Part shown: positions 45,260 to 57,029 of the stretch, piece after piece | Layout of the letters: the number at the start of each line of letters is the position of its first letter | Position numbering within the stretch: position 1 is the stretch's first letter | NCBI GenBank assembly: GCA_963775035.1 | Contig: CAVZHG010000014.1 | Coordinates: 2,850 to 66,849 of the forward strand | Length of the DNA: 64,000 nucleotides | Source: an uncultured Alphaproteobacteria bacterium | GTDB lineage: Bacteria; Pseudomonadota; Alphaproteobacteria; Rhizobiales; Hyphomicrobiaceae | Direction of reading: 5' to 3' | The notes under the pieces: generated by a model | Seen by the model: the letters and a program-made list of their open reading frames with translations, nothing else | Database searches by the model: none | Told to the model about the DNA's origin: nothing | Made by a program: the position numbers and the translations under genes

Positions 45260-46490
45260 GTGGGTAGCGGTTTTACACTGGCCCGAAGTCAATGCGTTCA
45301 TAGAAGCGAATCGAGGAACGCATCAGATTTATTTCACTGGTGGTCGGTCCGATACTCGCGGTCGTGGGCTTCGTCTGGGGCATTATCGACAGAGCGGAAC
45401 TTGTCGACCTCGGAAAGGAACTGGGCAAAGCCGAGGAGGCGGCGGACGAGGCCAAGCGCGAAGCAGATGCGGCGAAGAAAGCGGTCGACGACAAGGAAGA
45501 GCGACGATCTCTCGAGCGATCTGACGACGATCGACGACTCGGGCCCGCTTTGAACTCAGAAAGAACGAGCCATTCTTCGAATATCGTGGTTGGAAGTATG
45601 ATCCTCTGGGCGCAAAGATTGTTACTTTTGGCTTGTTCAAGGGTGGGGTTGGCAAAACGCACCTCGCGGCAAATTTCGCCGCTTACGTAGCGAAAGACAG
45701 CAGAGACCGGTGCTGCTGGGGGACCTCGACTACCAGGGATCGCTGTCAGTGATGATGAGCCTCGCCGCTGAACTCGAAGCGACCGAGTTGCTGGTCGAGA
45801 ACTTTTCTCGCGCCTCAGAGGACCTCGCAACACTGAGCGCGAGTAAAATTCAATTGGCACGCCAAGGGGACCTGACCGCCCTCAATGGCGGGCAGGGACT
45901 GTCCCGCGCATGGCTGGTCCCAGCCAGCTACACGCTTGCCGAGGTCGAAAGCCGCCTTCTGGTCGAGACGGTGATGAAGGATCCGACAAGTCTCGATGAG
46001 CGCTATAGGCTCGCCCATCTTCTACTGCACCCCATGTGCGCCGAAGTTCGCTGCGATAGTGTTGGACACGCCTCCGCGCATGACGCTCGGGACGGTCAAT
46101 GCGTTGGTTGCCAGCCACTTCTATGTGGTTCCGGCAATGCTCGACCGAGTTCGAGCGAGGCCTGGGGCCGTTCCTGACGCAGTTGAAGGGCTCAAGCGCG
46201 ATCTTGAGCTTGATTTGCGCTGGCCGCAATCGTCCCAACAATGACACGGCAAGCTGAGATGAGCGGAAATGAAAGGAAGTACCTTCAGCAGGTTGAGACA
46301 ACCGCCGAGGAAATTATCGGAAGCCCTGGCGGCGTCTTAGAGCACAACATTCCGCGCCGGGCGCAGATTACGAACGAAGAGGATCTCGGCTACTTCCTGA
46401 TCGAGAAGGACGAGGACGTTGAGCCGCTTCTACGACCCCGCTTTCGACGAGATTTGGAAACGTATGCATGGCCCTGTCTGAGAAATCAGT
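45260..46490 (+). CDS. ParA/Soj-family ATPase with an N-terminal TM segment and coiled coil (heavily frameshifted, ends approximate)
   Basis: KGGVGKT deviant Walker A, DLDYQGSLS, LDTPP; upstream ILAVVGFVWGII and EEAADEAKREADAAKK. Confidence 0.6.
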
Positions 46491-46552
46491 TTATTAGAAG
46501 TGATTCGGGCTGCTCGTCCTGCGTCGCCTTTCCCTGGATCGGAGACGCGGGA

Positions 46553-46895
46553 ATGTCTATTTTCTCAAGAATATGGACGAGCAGCGAGGCAGACGACGAA
46601 ATGGCGCGCGCCGGCGCGAAACCCTTGGACTTTCAGAAGATCGACGCGCTCGTCGGTCAGCTCAAGAACGCCGTGCGGGACGCCGACGATTTCAACTCGG
46701 TTGTCACCTCGATGGATGGCGACAAGTCCTTGAGTGCCGCCGAGATCATGGAAGTGTCGCGTCGCTTTGTTGGTCGGCACAAAGCCGAAGTCGCGCAAGG
46801 CCGCGATCACTGCCCTCGGACAAGAGCGGCTCCGCCTGTCCCACGCGCGCGCCAAGGCTGCAACGGCGGCGAAGTCCCGCACCTGGTGGGCCTAG
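46553..46895 (+). CDS. Small hypothetical protein (one frameshift)
   Basis: GGAG RBS; MSIFSRIW...KSRTWWA* when the frames are joined. Confidence 0.5.
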
Positions 46896-46903
46896 TAGCC
46901 GCC

Positions 46904-48115
46904 CTACCTCCCCGTCCTCACCGGCAGCGACTTCAGCCCGCGCATGACGAGGCTGTCGAGCCAGACGGGTGGGGCCGAGCCGGGCGCCATGTTCGGGAAG
47001 CGCTCGATCAGCGCCGGAATCGCGATGCGCGCTTCGAGGCGGGCAAGCTGCGCGCCGAGGCAGAAGTGCGGCCCCTGCCCGAACGTCAAATGGCGGTTCG
47101 GCTGGCGGCCAAGGTCGACCGTGTCGGGATCGCGGAACTGCGCGCCGTCGCGGTTCGCCGAATTGATGATCGCGAACAGCCGATCACCTTCCTTCAACGT
47201 CACGCCGCGCACCTCGTGCGTCTTGCGCACGACGCGACCCATGGCGTTGGTCGGCGCCTCGGTGCGCAGGAATTCCTCGACCGCGGTGGACGCCATCTCC
47301 GGGTTGGCCGCGAGCCGCGCCCGCTCGTGCGGGTTGCGCATCATCGTCAGCGTTGCAGTGCTGAGCAGGTTGGTCGTCGTCTCGTGGCCGGCAAACAGCA
47401 GCAGCATCGCGGTTGCGACGAGTTCGTCTTCGCTCAGGCGGTCCTGTTCGTCGCGCGCCGCGATCAGCAGGCTCAGGAGATCGCTTCCGGGATCGGCGCG
47501 GCGCTTCTCGATCTCGCCGCGAAACAGCCCCGCCATCTCGACGGCGCCGCGCCGCGCGCGCTCGTACTTGTCCGGCGTCGCCCGCGCCGTACCGATGAAC
47601 AGCATGATGTCATCCGACCAGCCCTTGACATCGTAGAGGCGATCCTCGGGCACGCCCATCATCGCCATGATGACCAGCGCCGGCAGCGGCATCGTGAAGT
47701 CGGCGACGAGATCGGCTTCGTCCTTTCGCGCGAGATCGTCGAGCAGCCGCGCCACGATCTGCTCGATGCGCGGCTTGAAGCCGAGGATGGTCCCCGGCAG
47801 GAACGCCTTGTTGACGAGGCCGCGCACGCGCGTGTGCGCCGGCGGATCGCGAAACACGATCCACAGGTTGAGGTACCGCATCATCTCGGCCAACAGGTTT
47901 TGCGTCGCCTCGGGGAGCGCCGCGTAGAACGGCGTCAGCCGGTCCGGGCTCATCGACGGGCCCGACAGCGCCGCCGCCACGTCGTCATAGCGGGTCAGGA
48001 TCCAGCACTTGAGACCGGGGTGCCAGTGCACCGGGTCCTCGGCCCGCAGCCGCGCATAGGCCGGATAAGGATCGGCGCGCGTGATCGGGTGGGCGGGATC
48101 GTAGATCATCGTCAT
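46904..48115 (-). CDS. Cytochrome P450
   Basis: AGHETT, EEFLR, FGQGPHFCLG haem motif. Confidence 0.95.
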   Translation of the reverse strand: MTMIYDPAHPITRADPYPAYARLRAEDPVHWHPGLKCWILTRYDDVAAALSGPSMSPDRLTPFYAALPEATQNLLAEMMRYLNLWIVFRDPPAHTRVRGLVNKAFLPGTILGFKPRIEQIVARLLDDLARKDEADLVADFTMPLPALVIMAMMGVPEDRLYDVKGWSDDIMLFIGTARATPDKYERARRGAVEMAGLFRGEIEKRRADPGSDLLSLLIAARDEQDRLSEDELVATAMLLLFAGHETTTNLLSTATLTMMRNPHERARLAANPEMASTAVEEFLRTEAPTNAMGRVVRKTHEVRGVTLKEGDRLFAIINSANRDGAQFRDPDTVDLGRQPNRHLTFGQGPHFCLGAQLARLEARIAIPALIERFPNMAPGSAPPVWLDSLVMRGLKSLPVRTGR

Positions 48116-48463
48116 GAGGGCGTTTCCCAGCGGCAGCTTGGTTGTTGCCGCGAGCATACAGCTTCCCTCGGGGGACAGACACCATAACGTCACACCGCAA
48201 ATTCCTTGCGCCGGCCGAAGAGGCTGCGACGATTGATTCGATCGTGGGCCAAATGCGAACAGTCTCGGAGTATGGCTGTCACCTCCGACGCGGAAATCGA
48301 TTGGCATTTCACGCTGAACATGGATCGCCGCGATCTGGCAGCTGGAAGGTTCACGCGCACGAGCTGACATCGTCCAAGCGACGCTATCGCCCAACGATGA
48401 ACTCCCAACATGCCAGAGAAGAGACGTCACGTCGCCGCAACCTCTGTCGAGCGCGCGGCGACC

Positions 48464-48898
48464 CTACTTCAGCGTAATCGCGAGACGCTGAGGTCCACGT
48501 TCGCCATCAAACCGACCTGGCGGCCAGTGAGTTCGAGCACGGCGCCCTTCTGGTTGGTCAGGATGATCCCGCGCGCGCCGCGGCCGACGGTCAGGCCGGC
48601 GCCCGCCGCCGCGTAGACGCCCGCAACGTCCGACGGCCGGCTGAATGTTGCTCACGCGGCCGTGCAGCACCGTTTTCGACCCGCCGAAGACGAGGCCGTA
48701 GTCGAGACCACCGGTCGACAGCCGATAGCGCCGGCCGTGGAAGTCGAGAACGCCGCTGCCGCCGGACCCGCCGATGATCCAGCCGGCCTTGTAGATCGTC
48801 AGTGTGACCGTGCCGCTTTCGGCACGGCTCGCGGTGGAGAAGGCGACGAACGCGAGGAGCGCGATCAGTGCGGTGCGGATGGTCGATGAAATCGTCAT
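48464..48898 (-). CDS. Secreted Gly-rich hypothetical protein (frameshifted)
   Basis: Signal peptide; KAGWIIGGSGGSG...LTNQKGAVLEL. Confidence 0.55.
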   Translation of the reverse strand: MTISSTIRTALIALLAFVAFSTASRAESGTVTLTIYKAGWIIGGSGGSGVLDFHGRRYRLSTGGLDYGLVFGGSKTVLHGRVSNIQPAVGRCGRLRGGGRRPDRRPRRARDHPDQPEGRRARTHWPPGRFDGERGPQRLAITLK

Positions 48899-48922
48899 GA
48901 GGCAGGTCTCCCGTTTCACGCT

Positions 48923-49534
48923 TCAGGGCCGACGCGGCGGCGCTGAGCGAATCACTCCGACGACTTTATCGGCTGCATGGGGGCGAAAGATGGTCGCCGC
49001 GCGACGCGGAATTGAAACGATATGCTCACAGCAGCAATCGAGCGAGGCGCGTGGAAGCCGGCGTGGAGTCGATCCGAGCGCGTAGATCAGCGTGCGCGCA
49101 GTGATGAAAACGAGGATCAGCGAGCCCGGAGTCCAGAGGGCGGCGCGCACGTCATGGGCTCTGCGCCGTCAGGTAGGCGACGAAATGCACAAGGCGCGTC
49201 ATCACGTAGCCATAGAGCAGGCACTGGGCCAGCAGCAGCGGCGGCTCGGTGAGCACATACAGAAAGCCGGCGACGAGGAAATAAGGAAGGCTCTCGAGGT
49301 CGTTGAGTTGGATCCTGCGGATGCGATCGACGCGGTCGTTGGGTGCGAGCTGCGTCGGCTCCGGCTTAGGGTTCAACGGCGTTGCCCGGAGATCCTCGGG
49401 GAGCGGAAGCCGCCGTTCTCCTTCATCATCCGAATCACTGTGAGCCAGGACATGCTCACGGCCTTGAGGATCATGATCGTCGCCGCGATGACGTACGTCG
49501 CGAAAAGTGGGTCGGCCAGACTGAGTTTGTCCAT
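48923..49534 (-). CDS. MAPEG-family membrane protein (frameshifted, 3' end uncertain)
   Basis: VDRIRRIQLNDLES, RLVHFVAY. Confidence 0.75.
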
Positions 49535-49544
49535 CGTTGCATCC

Positions 49545-50026
49545 TCATTCGCCGCTAAGCGTTTTCGACATCGGGTAGCCGGTACTCGTTCCGAAGTGGC
49601 CGGCGGGTCGACCTGTTTCTCGGTAGCCGCTCGCCAGATAGAAACGCCGCGCGGTCTGCCGTGCTGTTGAGGGTGCAGATGGCGCACCCTCGCTCCGCCG
49701 CGCGCTCGTTCCAAGGCGCCGAGCATCGCGCGGCTCACGCCGCGAAACCGGGCGTCCGGACTGACGTAATTCAACGTGATCTGACCGCCGTCGGTCACCG
49801 ATCCGACGGCCAGGACGCGATCGCCCTCGACGGCAACAAGCAGAGAGTTGTCGGGCTGCGCGATCCACCATTGAAGTGCTCCGGCGTCTTGTTGCCCAGC
49901 CACCTACTCAGGATGGCCGGATCATTTCCGTGGTCGGCCGCGCACAGCTCCGCAATGGATCGGCGCATCACCTCGCAGGCAGCCAGCGCGTCGTCAGCTT
50001 GTTGCGTCGCGTACGGTCAATGTCAT
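49545..50026 (-). CDS. GNAT-family acetyltransferase (frameshifted)
   Basis: YVSPDARFRGVSRAML, ARRFYLASGY. Confidence 0.75.
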
Positions 50027-50151
50027 GAGAGTTCCAGCCTTTCAGCGCGGGTCATAGTAGAGGCTCAGGAGGCAAGTCCACCATTTGCAATCACATTCGG
50101 ATCTGCGAATATCCCAATCCGTGAACCGCACTGCCCATCGGGAGCCGCGCC

Positions 50152-51456
50152 TTGTCCTGCTTGAAAAAAGAGATCGCGCTCCCCTCGCGCGCCGGCGCCG
50201 GCGGTGCCGACTTCAACGCCTACGACGTGATGTCGCCGCGCAAGCCCGGCGCGACGCCTGTGGCGGCGAAGAACGGCGCCCGCGTCAAGCACGCCAACGT
50301 GCCGCCCGAGGGCGTGTACCTCCCCAACAACAACCGGATGGCGCCGCACATGCGCTCGCCGGAGTACGTGCAGATGTCGACGGCGGCCGCGATCACGCTC
50401 GGCGTCATGCCGGGCAAGATGCATCGCTGCTCGTGCACGCGCTGTCTCAATCTGCTGCTGAGTTATCCCGAGGGCTGCCGCGCCAACTGCGCCTATTGCG
50501 GCCTGGCGCGTCATCGCGAAGCCGATCGCGACTACGCCGACCGCAACTTCATCCGTGTCGACTGGCCGGCGGTGCCGATGGCGCAGGTCGTCGACATCGT
50601 CGCGGCGCAGGGCGAGGCGACGCCGTTCCACCGCATGTGCATTTCGATGATCACGCACCCGCGCTCCGACGAGGACACGGTGACGGTGCTGCGCAACTGG
50701 ACGAGCCGCATCGATCCCGCGACGGTGCCGGTGTCGATCCTCTCCAACCCGACGACGATGACGCGCGGCGACGTGCAAACGCTGCACGATCTCGGCGCCG
50801 ATATTTTTACCGTCGCGCTCGATGCGGCAACGCCGGACCTGTTCGACCGCACGCGCGGCAAGGGCGTCGCGAGCCCGCATTCGTGGCGCAAATACTGGGA
50901 AATCCTGGAGGACGCGCGCGACATCTTCGGGCGGGAAAAATTCGGCGCCCACATCATCGTCGGCATGGGCGAGACCGAGCACGACACGCTGACGCTGGTC
51001 CAACAGCTCGTCGACATGGGCGGGCACAGCCACATGTTCTGCTTCTTCCCGGAGAAGGGGTCCTTGATGGACCACCTCCCGGCAACACCGCGCGACCAGT
51101 GGCGCCGCGTTCAGCTCGCGCGCTACCTGATCGACTATCGCGGCGTCCGCGTCGAGCACATGCGCTTCGACGAGCAGGGTCGCGTATCGGACTACGGCAT
51201 TCCGAAGTCGGAGATGGACAAGATCATCGACGAGGGCGTCGCGTTCCGCACGTCGGGCTGTCCCGGCAAGGTGCGCGAGGATATTTCCGCGTGCGATCGC
51301 CCCTACGGCGACAGCCCACCCTCGAACATCGCGAGCTACCCGTTCCAGCCGGTCGACGTGGACATCCGCAAGATCCGCCACCAGCTCGGCCTGGAGAAGC
51401 CGGGCGAGCGCATGTCGAAGGCGAAGAGTTCGAGGTGCGGTAAGGGCAGCGAATGA
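50152..51456 (+). CDS. Radical SAM protein, LipS2-like
   Basis: CRANCAYC cluster motif, STAAAITLG, RVDWP, C-terminal TSGCPG...CDRPY. Confidence 0.7.
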   Translation: MSCLKKEIALPSRAGAGGADFNAYDVMSPRKPGATPVAAKNGARVKHANVPPEGVYLPNNNRMAPHMRSPEYVQMSTAAAITLGVMPGKMHRCSCTRCLNLLLSYPEGCRANCAYCGLARHREADRDYADRNFIRVDWPAVPMAQVVDIVAAQGEATPFHRMCISMITHPRSDEDTVTVLRNWTSRIDPATVPVSILSNPTTMTRGDVQTLHDLGADIFTVALDAATPDLFDRTRGKGVASPHSWRKYWEILEDARDIFGREKFGAHIIVGMGETEHDTLTLVQQLVDMGGHSHMFCFFPEKGSLMDHLPATPRDQWRRVQLARYLIDYRGVRVEHMRFDEQGRVSDYGIPKSEMDKIIDEGVAFRTSGCPGKVREDISACDRPYGDSPPSNIASYPFQPVDVDIRKIRHQLGLEKPGERMSKAKSSRCGKGSE

Positions 51457-51467
51457 GCCGCCGACTT

Positions 51468-51588
51468 CCCCTTCTCCCCGTTGGCTTCAATGGGGAGAAG
51501 GTCGGGGTGAGGGGCGGCGCCAGACGCCGGCGTTCGCATCTGTGGCCGCCCCTCACCCTAACCCTCTCCCCGCGCGCGGGGAGAGGGG
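51468..51588. repeat. Paired REP/CIR-like palindromes in inverted arrangement
   Basis: CCTTCTCCCC...GGGGAGAAGG-TCGGGGTGAGGGG, then CCCCTCACCCTAACCCTCTCCCC-GCGCGC-GGGGAGAGGG. Confidence 0.7.
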
Positions 51589-52358
51589 ACAGGTGGCTTG
51601 TCGCGCTATCAATAGCTTCGCAATAAACCCGCCGCCGCGCAGCAGCCAGCCTGGGACACCCGATTTCTTGGCCCTTCGGATTAGCCGCAGCCTGCGCGCG
51701 AGTATACCGTCGAGCGAACGCCGCGTCGTCGTAGTCTACTGCGGATCAAGGCTGCGCGAGCTGACGCTGCACGGTTTCAGCAATCGCCGCTCCACCCGGA
51801 AGGCGTCGCGCGAAGAGCAATCTCCTGGCGCATGCAGATGGCCTCCTCACGCATCCGCGACTGCGCTCTCTCGTATCTGAAGCCCACGTGCCAGAGGCGC
51901 GCGTGCGTGGCCTCATGCACCAAGCGTCGTGGCCAATTCTTCGGGCGAAACATCAGAGCTGATGTATTCCGCGTGCACCTTGCAGGACTCATCGTTTGCC
52001 AGTCGAATTCCGCGATACGACTCGACGATGCTCTGGTCTCACTTGAACGCCGCCGGTAGAGGTATCTCCGGATCACGGTGAAGCCGATAGGGATCATGCA
52101 AGCGAATGAGTTCGGATAGCCGACTCTCAAGCGAGGACGCAAGCGGCTCCCACTCCGCTGCGACGAATCGTCACCATGATACCGTCGATGATCTCGGTGT
52201 GCGTGAGCCGCCGCCGCAGCCAATCGCCGATCGGGTCGCTCAACGCATCCTCACCTTCCACATCCAGTGGTCAGATTGGCGACCCCTCTCGAGTCCGCTA
52301 TCTACAGTTGCGCAAAAAATGTAAATAGCGACCCGTTGCCCAAAACGTCGCTACCGCT

Positions 52359-53117
52359 TCACCCCTTCCACGTCTCGGGATCGCGGATGGCGTCGGCGAG
52401 GAAATCGCGGCAGACGTCGATGAGGCGGCGGCCCTTGTCCGCGCTCGCGCGGCGGGCATCGCCGACGACGCCGGTCGGTGTGAGATCGCCGTAGTTGCGA
52501 TAGCGCATGACTTGCAGCGGCATCGGCGTCTGGCGCGCGGGTCCGACCGCTTCGGGGAGCTTGTCCAACCGCACGAGATCCGGCGCCACCGCCATCATCA
52601 TCGACGTCTCGCCCTCGCAGGCGTGACGCACGCGCTCCTGATCCTCGAGGATCGCCGGCATGCCCGGCTGCGCGAGTTCGAAGTAGGTCGTCACGCGCAC
52701 CGTCAGCCCCGTCTCGCGCATGAAATCCGGCAGGAACGCCGAGAGCGCGCTGATGTTGCCGCCATGACCGTTGACGATGAACACGCGCTTGAAACCGTGG
52801 CGCTCGATGCTCTTGAGGAACGACAGCAGCACCGTGCGATAGGTCGGAATGTCGAACGTGAACGTGCCGCCGCGCGACATGTGATGCTCGGCCATGCCGC
52901 ACCACAGCGTCGGCGCGACGACGATCGGCATTTCGGCCGCCAGCGCTTCCGCCGCGCGCTGGCACACCGTCTCGCACAGCACCGTGTCGACGCCGACGGC
53001 CAGATGCGGCCCGTGCTGCTCCATCGAGGCGACCGGCAGCACCACCAGCGCGCCGGCTTTGGCCTTCGCGACCAGCTCCGGCGCCGTCAGCTCTTTCCAC
53101 ATCACCGACGCGGCCAT
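52359..53117 (-). CDS. Creatininase-family amidohydrolase
   Basis: SMEQHGPHL..GVD, NGHGGN, HACEGETS. Confidence 0.9.
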   Translation of the reverse strand: MAASVMWKELTAPELVAKAKAGALVVLPVASMEQHGPHLAVGVDTVLCETVCQRAAEALAAEMPIVVAPTLWCGMAEHHMSRGGTFTFDIPTYRTVLLSFLKSIERHGFKRVFIVNGHGGNISALSAFLPDFMRETGLTVRVTTYFELAQPGMPAILEDQERVRHACEGETSMMMAVAPDLVRLDKLPEAVGPARQTPMPLQVMRYRNYGDLTPTGVVGDARRASADKGRRLIDVCRDFLADAIRDPETWKG

Positions 53118-53122
53118 GCCCT

Positions 53123-53782
53123 TCACTCCTTGATCGTTTGGCCGGTCTTCTGCCAGTCGGCGAGGAACGCTTCGAGGCCCTTGTCGGTCAGCGGATGCTT
53201 GACCAGCGCGTGCAAAATCTTCGGCGGGATCGTCGCGACATCGGCGCCGGCCATCGCGCACTGCTTGACGTGCTCCTCCGAGCGGATCGAGGCGGCGAGG
53301 ATCTCGGTGCCGAGATCGGGATAGTTGTCGTAGATGGTGCGGATTTCCTGGATCAGCTCGATGCCGCTCTGGCCGATGTCGTCGAGACGGCCGATGAAGG
53401 GCGACACGAACGTCGCGCCGGCCTTCGCGGCGAGCAGCGCCTGGTTGGCCGAAAAGCACAGCGTCACATTGACCATGATGTCGTCGTCGGTCAGCGCGCG
53501 GCACGCCTTGAGGCCGTCCCAGGTCAGCGGCACTTTGACCGTCACGTTCTCCGCGATATCGGCGAGGATCTGGCCTTCGCGGATCATGCCCTCGGAGTCG
53601 AGCGCGGCGACCTCGGCGGATACCGGCCCCTCCACGATCTCGCAGATCTCAGCGATGATGGTCTTGAAGTCGCGCCCGGCTTTGGCGATCAGCGACGGGT
53701 TCGTGGTCACGCCGTCGAGCAGGCCCAGCGCGGCCAGCTCCCGGATCTCGGCGACATCGGCCGTATCGACGAAGAATTTCAT
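53123..53782 (-). CDS. tal: Transaldolase / fructose-6-phosphate aldolase family
   Basis: [35 protein letters not shown]. Confidence 0.9.
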   Translation of the reverse strand: MKFFVDTADVAEIRELAALGLLDGVTTNPSLIAKAGRDFKTIIAEICEIVEGPVSAEVAALDSEGMIREGQILADIAENVTVKVPLTWDGLKACRALTDDDIMVNVTLCFSANQALLAAKAGATFVSPFIGRLDDIGQSGIELIQEIRTIYDNYPDLGTEILAASIRSEEHVKQCAMAGADVATIPPKILHALVKHPLTDKGLEAFLADWQKTGQTIKE

Positions 53783-53912
53783 GGCTACACTCCCCGGTGC
53801 TATGGGACTGCCCTCGGATCGCCCTCGGATGGCCCTGGGCGAGCGGGTAGAGTCGCAGACCGAGTCGGGTTCTAGTCCGAGTGTGGAGACTTTGGAAGAC
53901 TTGCTGGCAACG

Positions 53913-56117
53913 ATGCTCGGGCCGACGGCCGCCGCACGCCCCCGCGTGCCGGTGATGCTGCCGGTTGCGCTCGACCAGACCTATGACTACGCGGTGCCGC
54001 CGGGGGTCGAAGCAGAGCCGGGCGATTTCGTGATCGTACCGTTCGGGCCGCAGACGCGGATCGGCCTCGTCTGGGACCAGCCGGTCGGCGACCAGGGCAA
54101 GCCGATCGACGAAAAACGCCTCAAAACCATCATCGAGCGCATGGACGTGCCGGCGCTGCCGGCGATCTCACTCAGGTTCGCCGAATGGGTCGGTCGCTAC
54201 ACACTGGCGCCGCTCGGCATGGTCGTGCGGATGATGATGAGCGCCCAGGCGGTGTTCGAGCCGGTCAAGCCGCGGCTCGGCGTGTCGCGCGTCGAGGGTG
54301 CCGCCGAGCCGCCGCGCATGACGCCGGCACGGACGCGGGCGCTGGAGATCGCGTCGGACGGGCTGATCCGTGCCCGCAGCGCGCTTGCGGCGGAAGCCGG
54401 TTGCAGCACCGGCGTCATCGACGGGCTGATCACGGCCGGCTGCCTCGTCGAGGTCGTGCTGCCCGAGCGGCGATACCCGCGGCCTGACCCCGTGCACGCG
54501 ATCGTGACGTTCACCGACGCCCAGGCGCAGGCCGTCGCGACGCTCGCTGCCGCGGTCGAGGCCGGCACGTTCTCAGTCTCGCTGCTCGATGGCGTCACCG
54601 GCTCGGGCAAGACGGAGGTGTATTTCGAGGCGGTCGCGAGGACGCTAGAGCAGGGCCGGCAGGCGCTGATCATGCTGCCCGAGATCGCGCTCACCAGCCA
54701 GTTCATGGATCGCTTCAAGGCGCGCTTCGGCTGCGCGCCGGCGGAGTGGCATTCGGCGCTGTCGGGGCCGGAACGCGGCCGCGTCTGGCGCGCCGCCGCC
54801 ACCGGCGAAGCGCGCGTCATCGTCGGCGCGCGGTCGGCACTGTTCCTGCCCTTCGCCGATCTCGGTCTGATCGTCGTCGACGAAGAGCACGACCCCGGCT
54901 TCAAGCAGGAGGACCGCGTCCACTACCAGGGCCGCGACATGAGCGTCGTGCGCGCGCACCTCGGCGGCGCCGCGGTGGTGCTGGCGTCGGCGACACCGTC
55001 GATCGAGAGCCACGTCAACGCGCGCACCGGCCGCTACCGCCATCTCCATCTGCCCGGCCGCTACACCGGCGTCGATCTCCCCGAGATCACGCCGATCGAT
55101 CTGCGCTCGGCACCGCCGGAAAAGGGCCGCTGGCTGTCGCCACCGCTGGTCGACGCGATGGTCGGGACACTGGCGCGACGCCAACAAACGCTGCTGTTTC
55201 TCAACCGGCGCGGCTATGCGCCGCTCACGCTGTGCCGCGCCTGCGGCACCCGCATCGAGTGCCCGCAGTGCACCGCGTGGCTGGTCGAACACCGCTTCCG
55301 CAACCGCCTCAACTGCCACCACTGCGGCTTCTCGATGCCGCTCCCCTCGAAGTGCCCGAAATGCGGCGAAGCCGACAGCCTCGTCGCCTGCGGCCCCGGC
55401 GTCGAGCGCATCGCCGAGGAAGTCACCGAGCGGTTTCCCGAGGCGCGGGTGGCGCTGCTCTCGTCGGACCTGATCCCCTCGCTCACCGAAATGCGCGAAG
55501 TGATCAAGCGCATCGAGGGCGGCGAGATCGATATCATCATCGGGACGCAGATCGTGGCGAAAGGCCACCACTTCCCCGATCTCGCGACCGTCGGCGTCAT
55601 CGACGGCGACCTCGGGCTCGCGCAGGGTGCCGATCCGCGCGCCGGCGAGCGCACGTTCCAGCTCCTCCACCAGGTCACGGGCCGCGCCGGCCGCGTGCTC
55701 ACCAAGGGCGCCGGCTTCATCCAGACCTACATGCCGGAGCATCCGGTGATGGACGCGATCGTGCGCGGCGACCGCGAGGCGTTCCTCGAGCGCGAGATCC
55801 GCATCCGCCAGCTCGCCATGCTGCCGCCGTTCGGGCGGCTCGTGTCACTGATCGTGTCGGCGCGGCACAAGGAGCTCGCCGAGACCGCCGCCCGCGACAT
55901 CGCGCGCCGTGCGCCCGCCGCCCCGCGCATCGAGGTGCTGGGTCCCGCCGAGGCGCCGATCGCCATCATCCGCGGCCGTTACCGCTGGCGGCTGCTGCTG
56001 AAGGCGCCGCGCGACCTCGACGTGCAGGGCTACCTGCGCGCCTGGATGGCCGCGCTCCCCGAGATCAAGGGCGACCTCCGCCTGACCGTCGACATCGACC
56101 CCTACAGCTTCCTCTGA
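53913..56117 (+). CDS. priA: Primosomal protein N' (start uncertain)
   Basis: [20 protein letters not shown], two Cys-rich zinc motifs, QVTGRAGR. Confidence 0.95.
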   Translation: MLGPTAAARPRVPVMLPVALDQTYDYAVPPGVEAEPGDFVIVPFGPQTRIGLVWDQPVGDQGKPIDEKRLKTIIERMDVPALPAISLRFAEWVGRYTLAPLGMVVRMMMSAQAVFEPVKPRLGVSRVEGAAEPPRMTPARTRALEIASDGLIRARSALAAEAGCSTGVIDGLITAGCLVEVVLPERRYPRPDPVHAIVTFTDAQAQAVATLAAAVEAGTFSVSLLDGVTGSGKTEVYFEAVARTLEQGRQALIMLPEIALTSQFMDRFKARFGCAPAEWHSALSGPERGRVWRAAATGEARVIVGARSALFLPFADLGLIVVDEEHDPGFKQEDRVHYQGRDMSVVRAHLGGAAVVLASATPSIESHVNARTGRYRHLHLPGRYTGVDLPEITPIDLRSAPPEKGRWLSPPLVDAMVGTLARRQQTLLFLNRRGYAPLTLCRACGTRIECPQCTAWLVEHRFRNRLNCHHCGFSMPLPSKCPKCGEADSLVACGPGVERIAEEVTERFPEARVALLSSDLIPSLTEMREVIKRIEGGEIDIIIGTQIVAKGHHFPDLATVGVIDGDLGLAQGADPRAGERTFQLLHQVTGRAGRVLTKGAGFIQTYMPEHPVMDAIVRGDREAFLEREIRIRQLAMLPPFGRLVSLIVSARHKELAETAARDIARRAPAAPRIEVLGPAEAPIAIIRGRYRWRLLLKAPRDLDVQGYLRAWMAALPEIKGDLRLTVDIDPYSFL

Positions 56118-56409
56118 ACGGCGAAGCTGCCGCGCTCGCGCCGGCCTGCGGCAAATCCGCGGGCGGACGCCCATCCCGGCCCCCTGCGGCGAACCGCCCG
56201 CGGCGCTAACCCATTGCTGCCGCAATGGAAGCCGATATGGCATTGCAGCAAAGACTTAAGCGCCAGTCATTGCTCAGAATATAGGCTTAACAAGGCTGTC
56301 ATGGCGCGCCACTATTGTGCAATGCAGCAGCGGGCCCATATGCCCTATAGCGAGACCGGTGACGACAGAGCACCGGCTCACCAACTCCCGACCCGAAAAG
56401 GGGTGCGTC

Positions 56410-57029
56410 ATGAGCAACAACCCGGCCGAATTGGCCTTGGACCTGGACGAACCTGCCGACGAGCTGTCGATCTCGTCGGCGACCATGCGCAAGCTGTGGC
56501 CGACCGAGCACGACCACTTTCGCGACCACCTGCTGCGACTGGACAAGGACACCGCCGGATGCGGTTCGCACACGGCGTCTCGGATAGCTTCATCGAGGAC
56601 TACGCCGGCCGCATGAACGACATGGGCTCGATCGTCTTCGGCTACTTCGTCGACGGCGAGATCCGCGCCGCCGCCGAGCTGAGGAAGCTCGCCGACCATT
56701 GGGGCAACGAGGCGGAAGCGGCGTTCTCGGTCGAGCGCGCCTACCAGGACCAGGGCATCGGCTCGGCGCTGATGGGCCGCGTCATCCAGACGGCGCGCAA
56801 TCGTGGGGTGCGGCTGCTGTTCATGAGCTGCCTCGCCGAGAATGCCAAGATGCAGACGATCGCCAAGAAGCACGAGGCGGTGCTGCGCTTCGAGTATGGC
56901 GAGGTGATCGGCGAGATCATCCCGAACGGCCCGGATTATTTCTCGCTGCTCGCCGAGGCCGTCGACGATCGGGTCGGCTACATGATGGCCGTCCTCGATC
57001 TCCAGTCGCGGCTGGTCAAGGCGGCCTGA
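56410..57029 (+). CDS. GNAT-family acetyltransferase (frameshifted)
   Basis: RDHLLRLD...RF; AEAAFSVE..YQDQGIGSALM. Confidence 0.8.

Noticed and set aside
53334..53912. N-terminal extension of PriA in the ORF track
   Set aside because: It overlaps transaldolase on the opposite strand; the real start is near 53880-53913.
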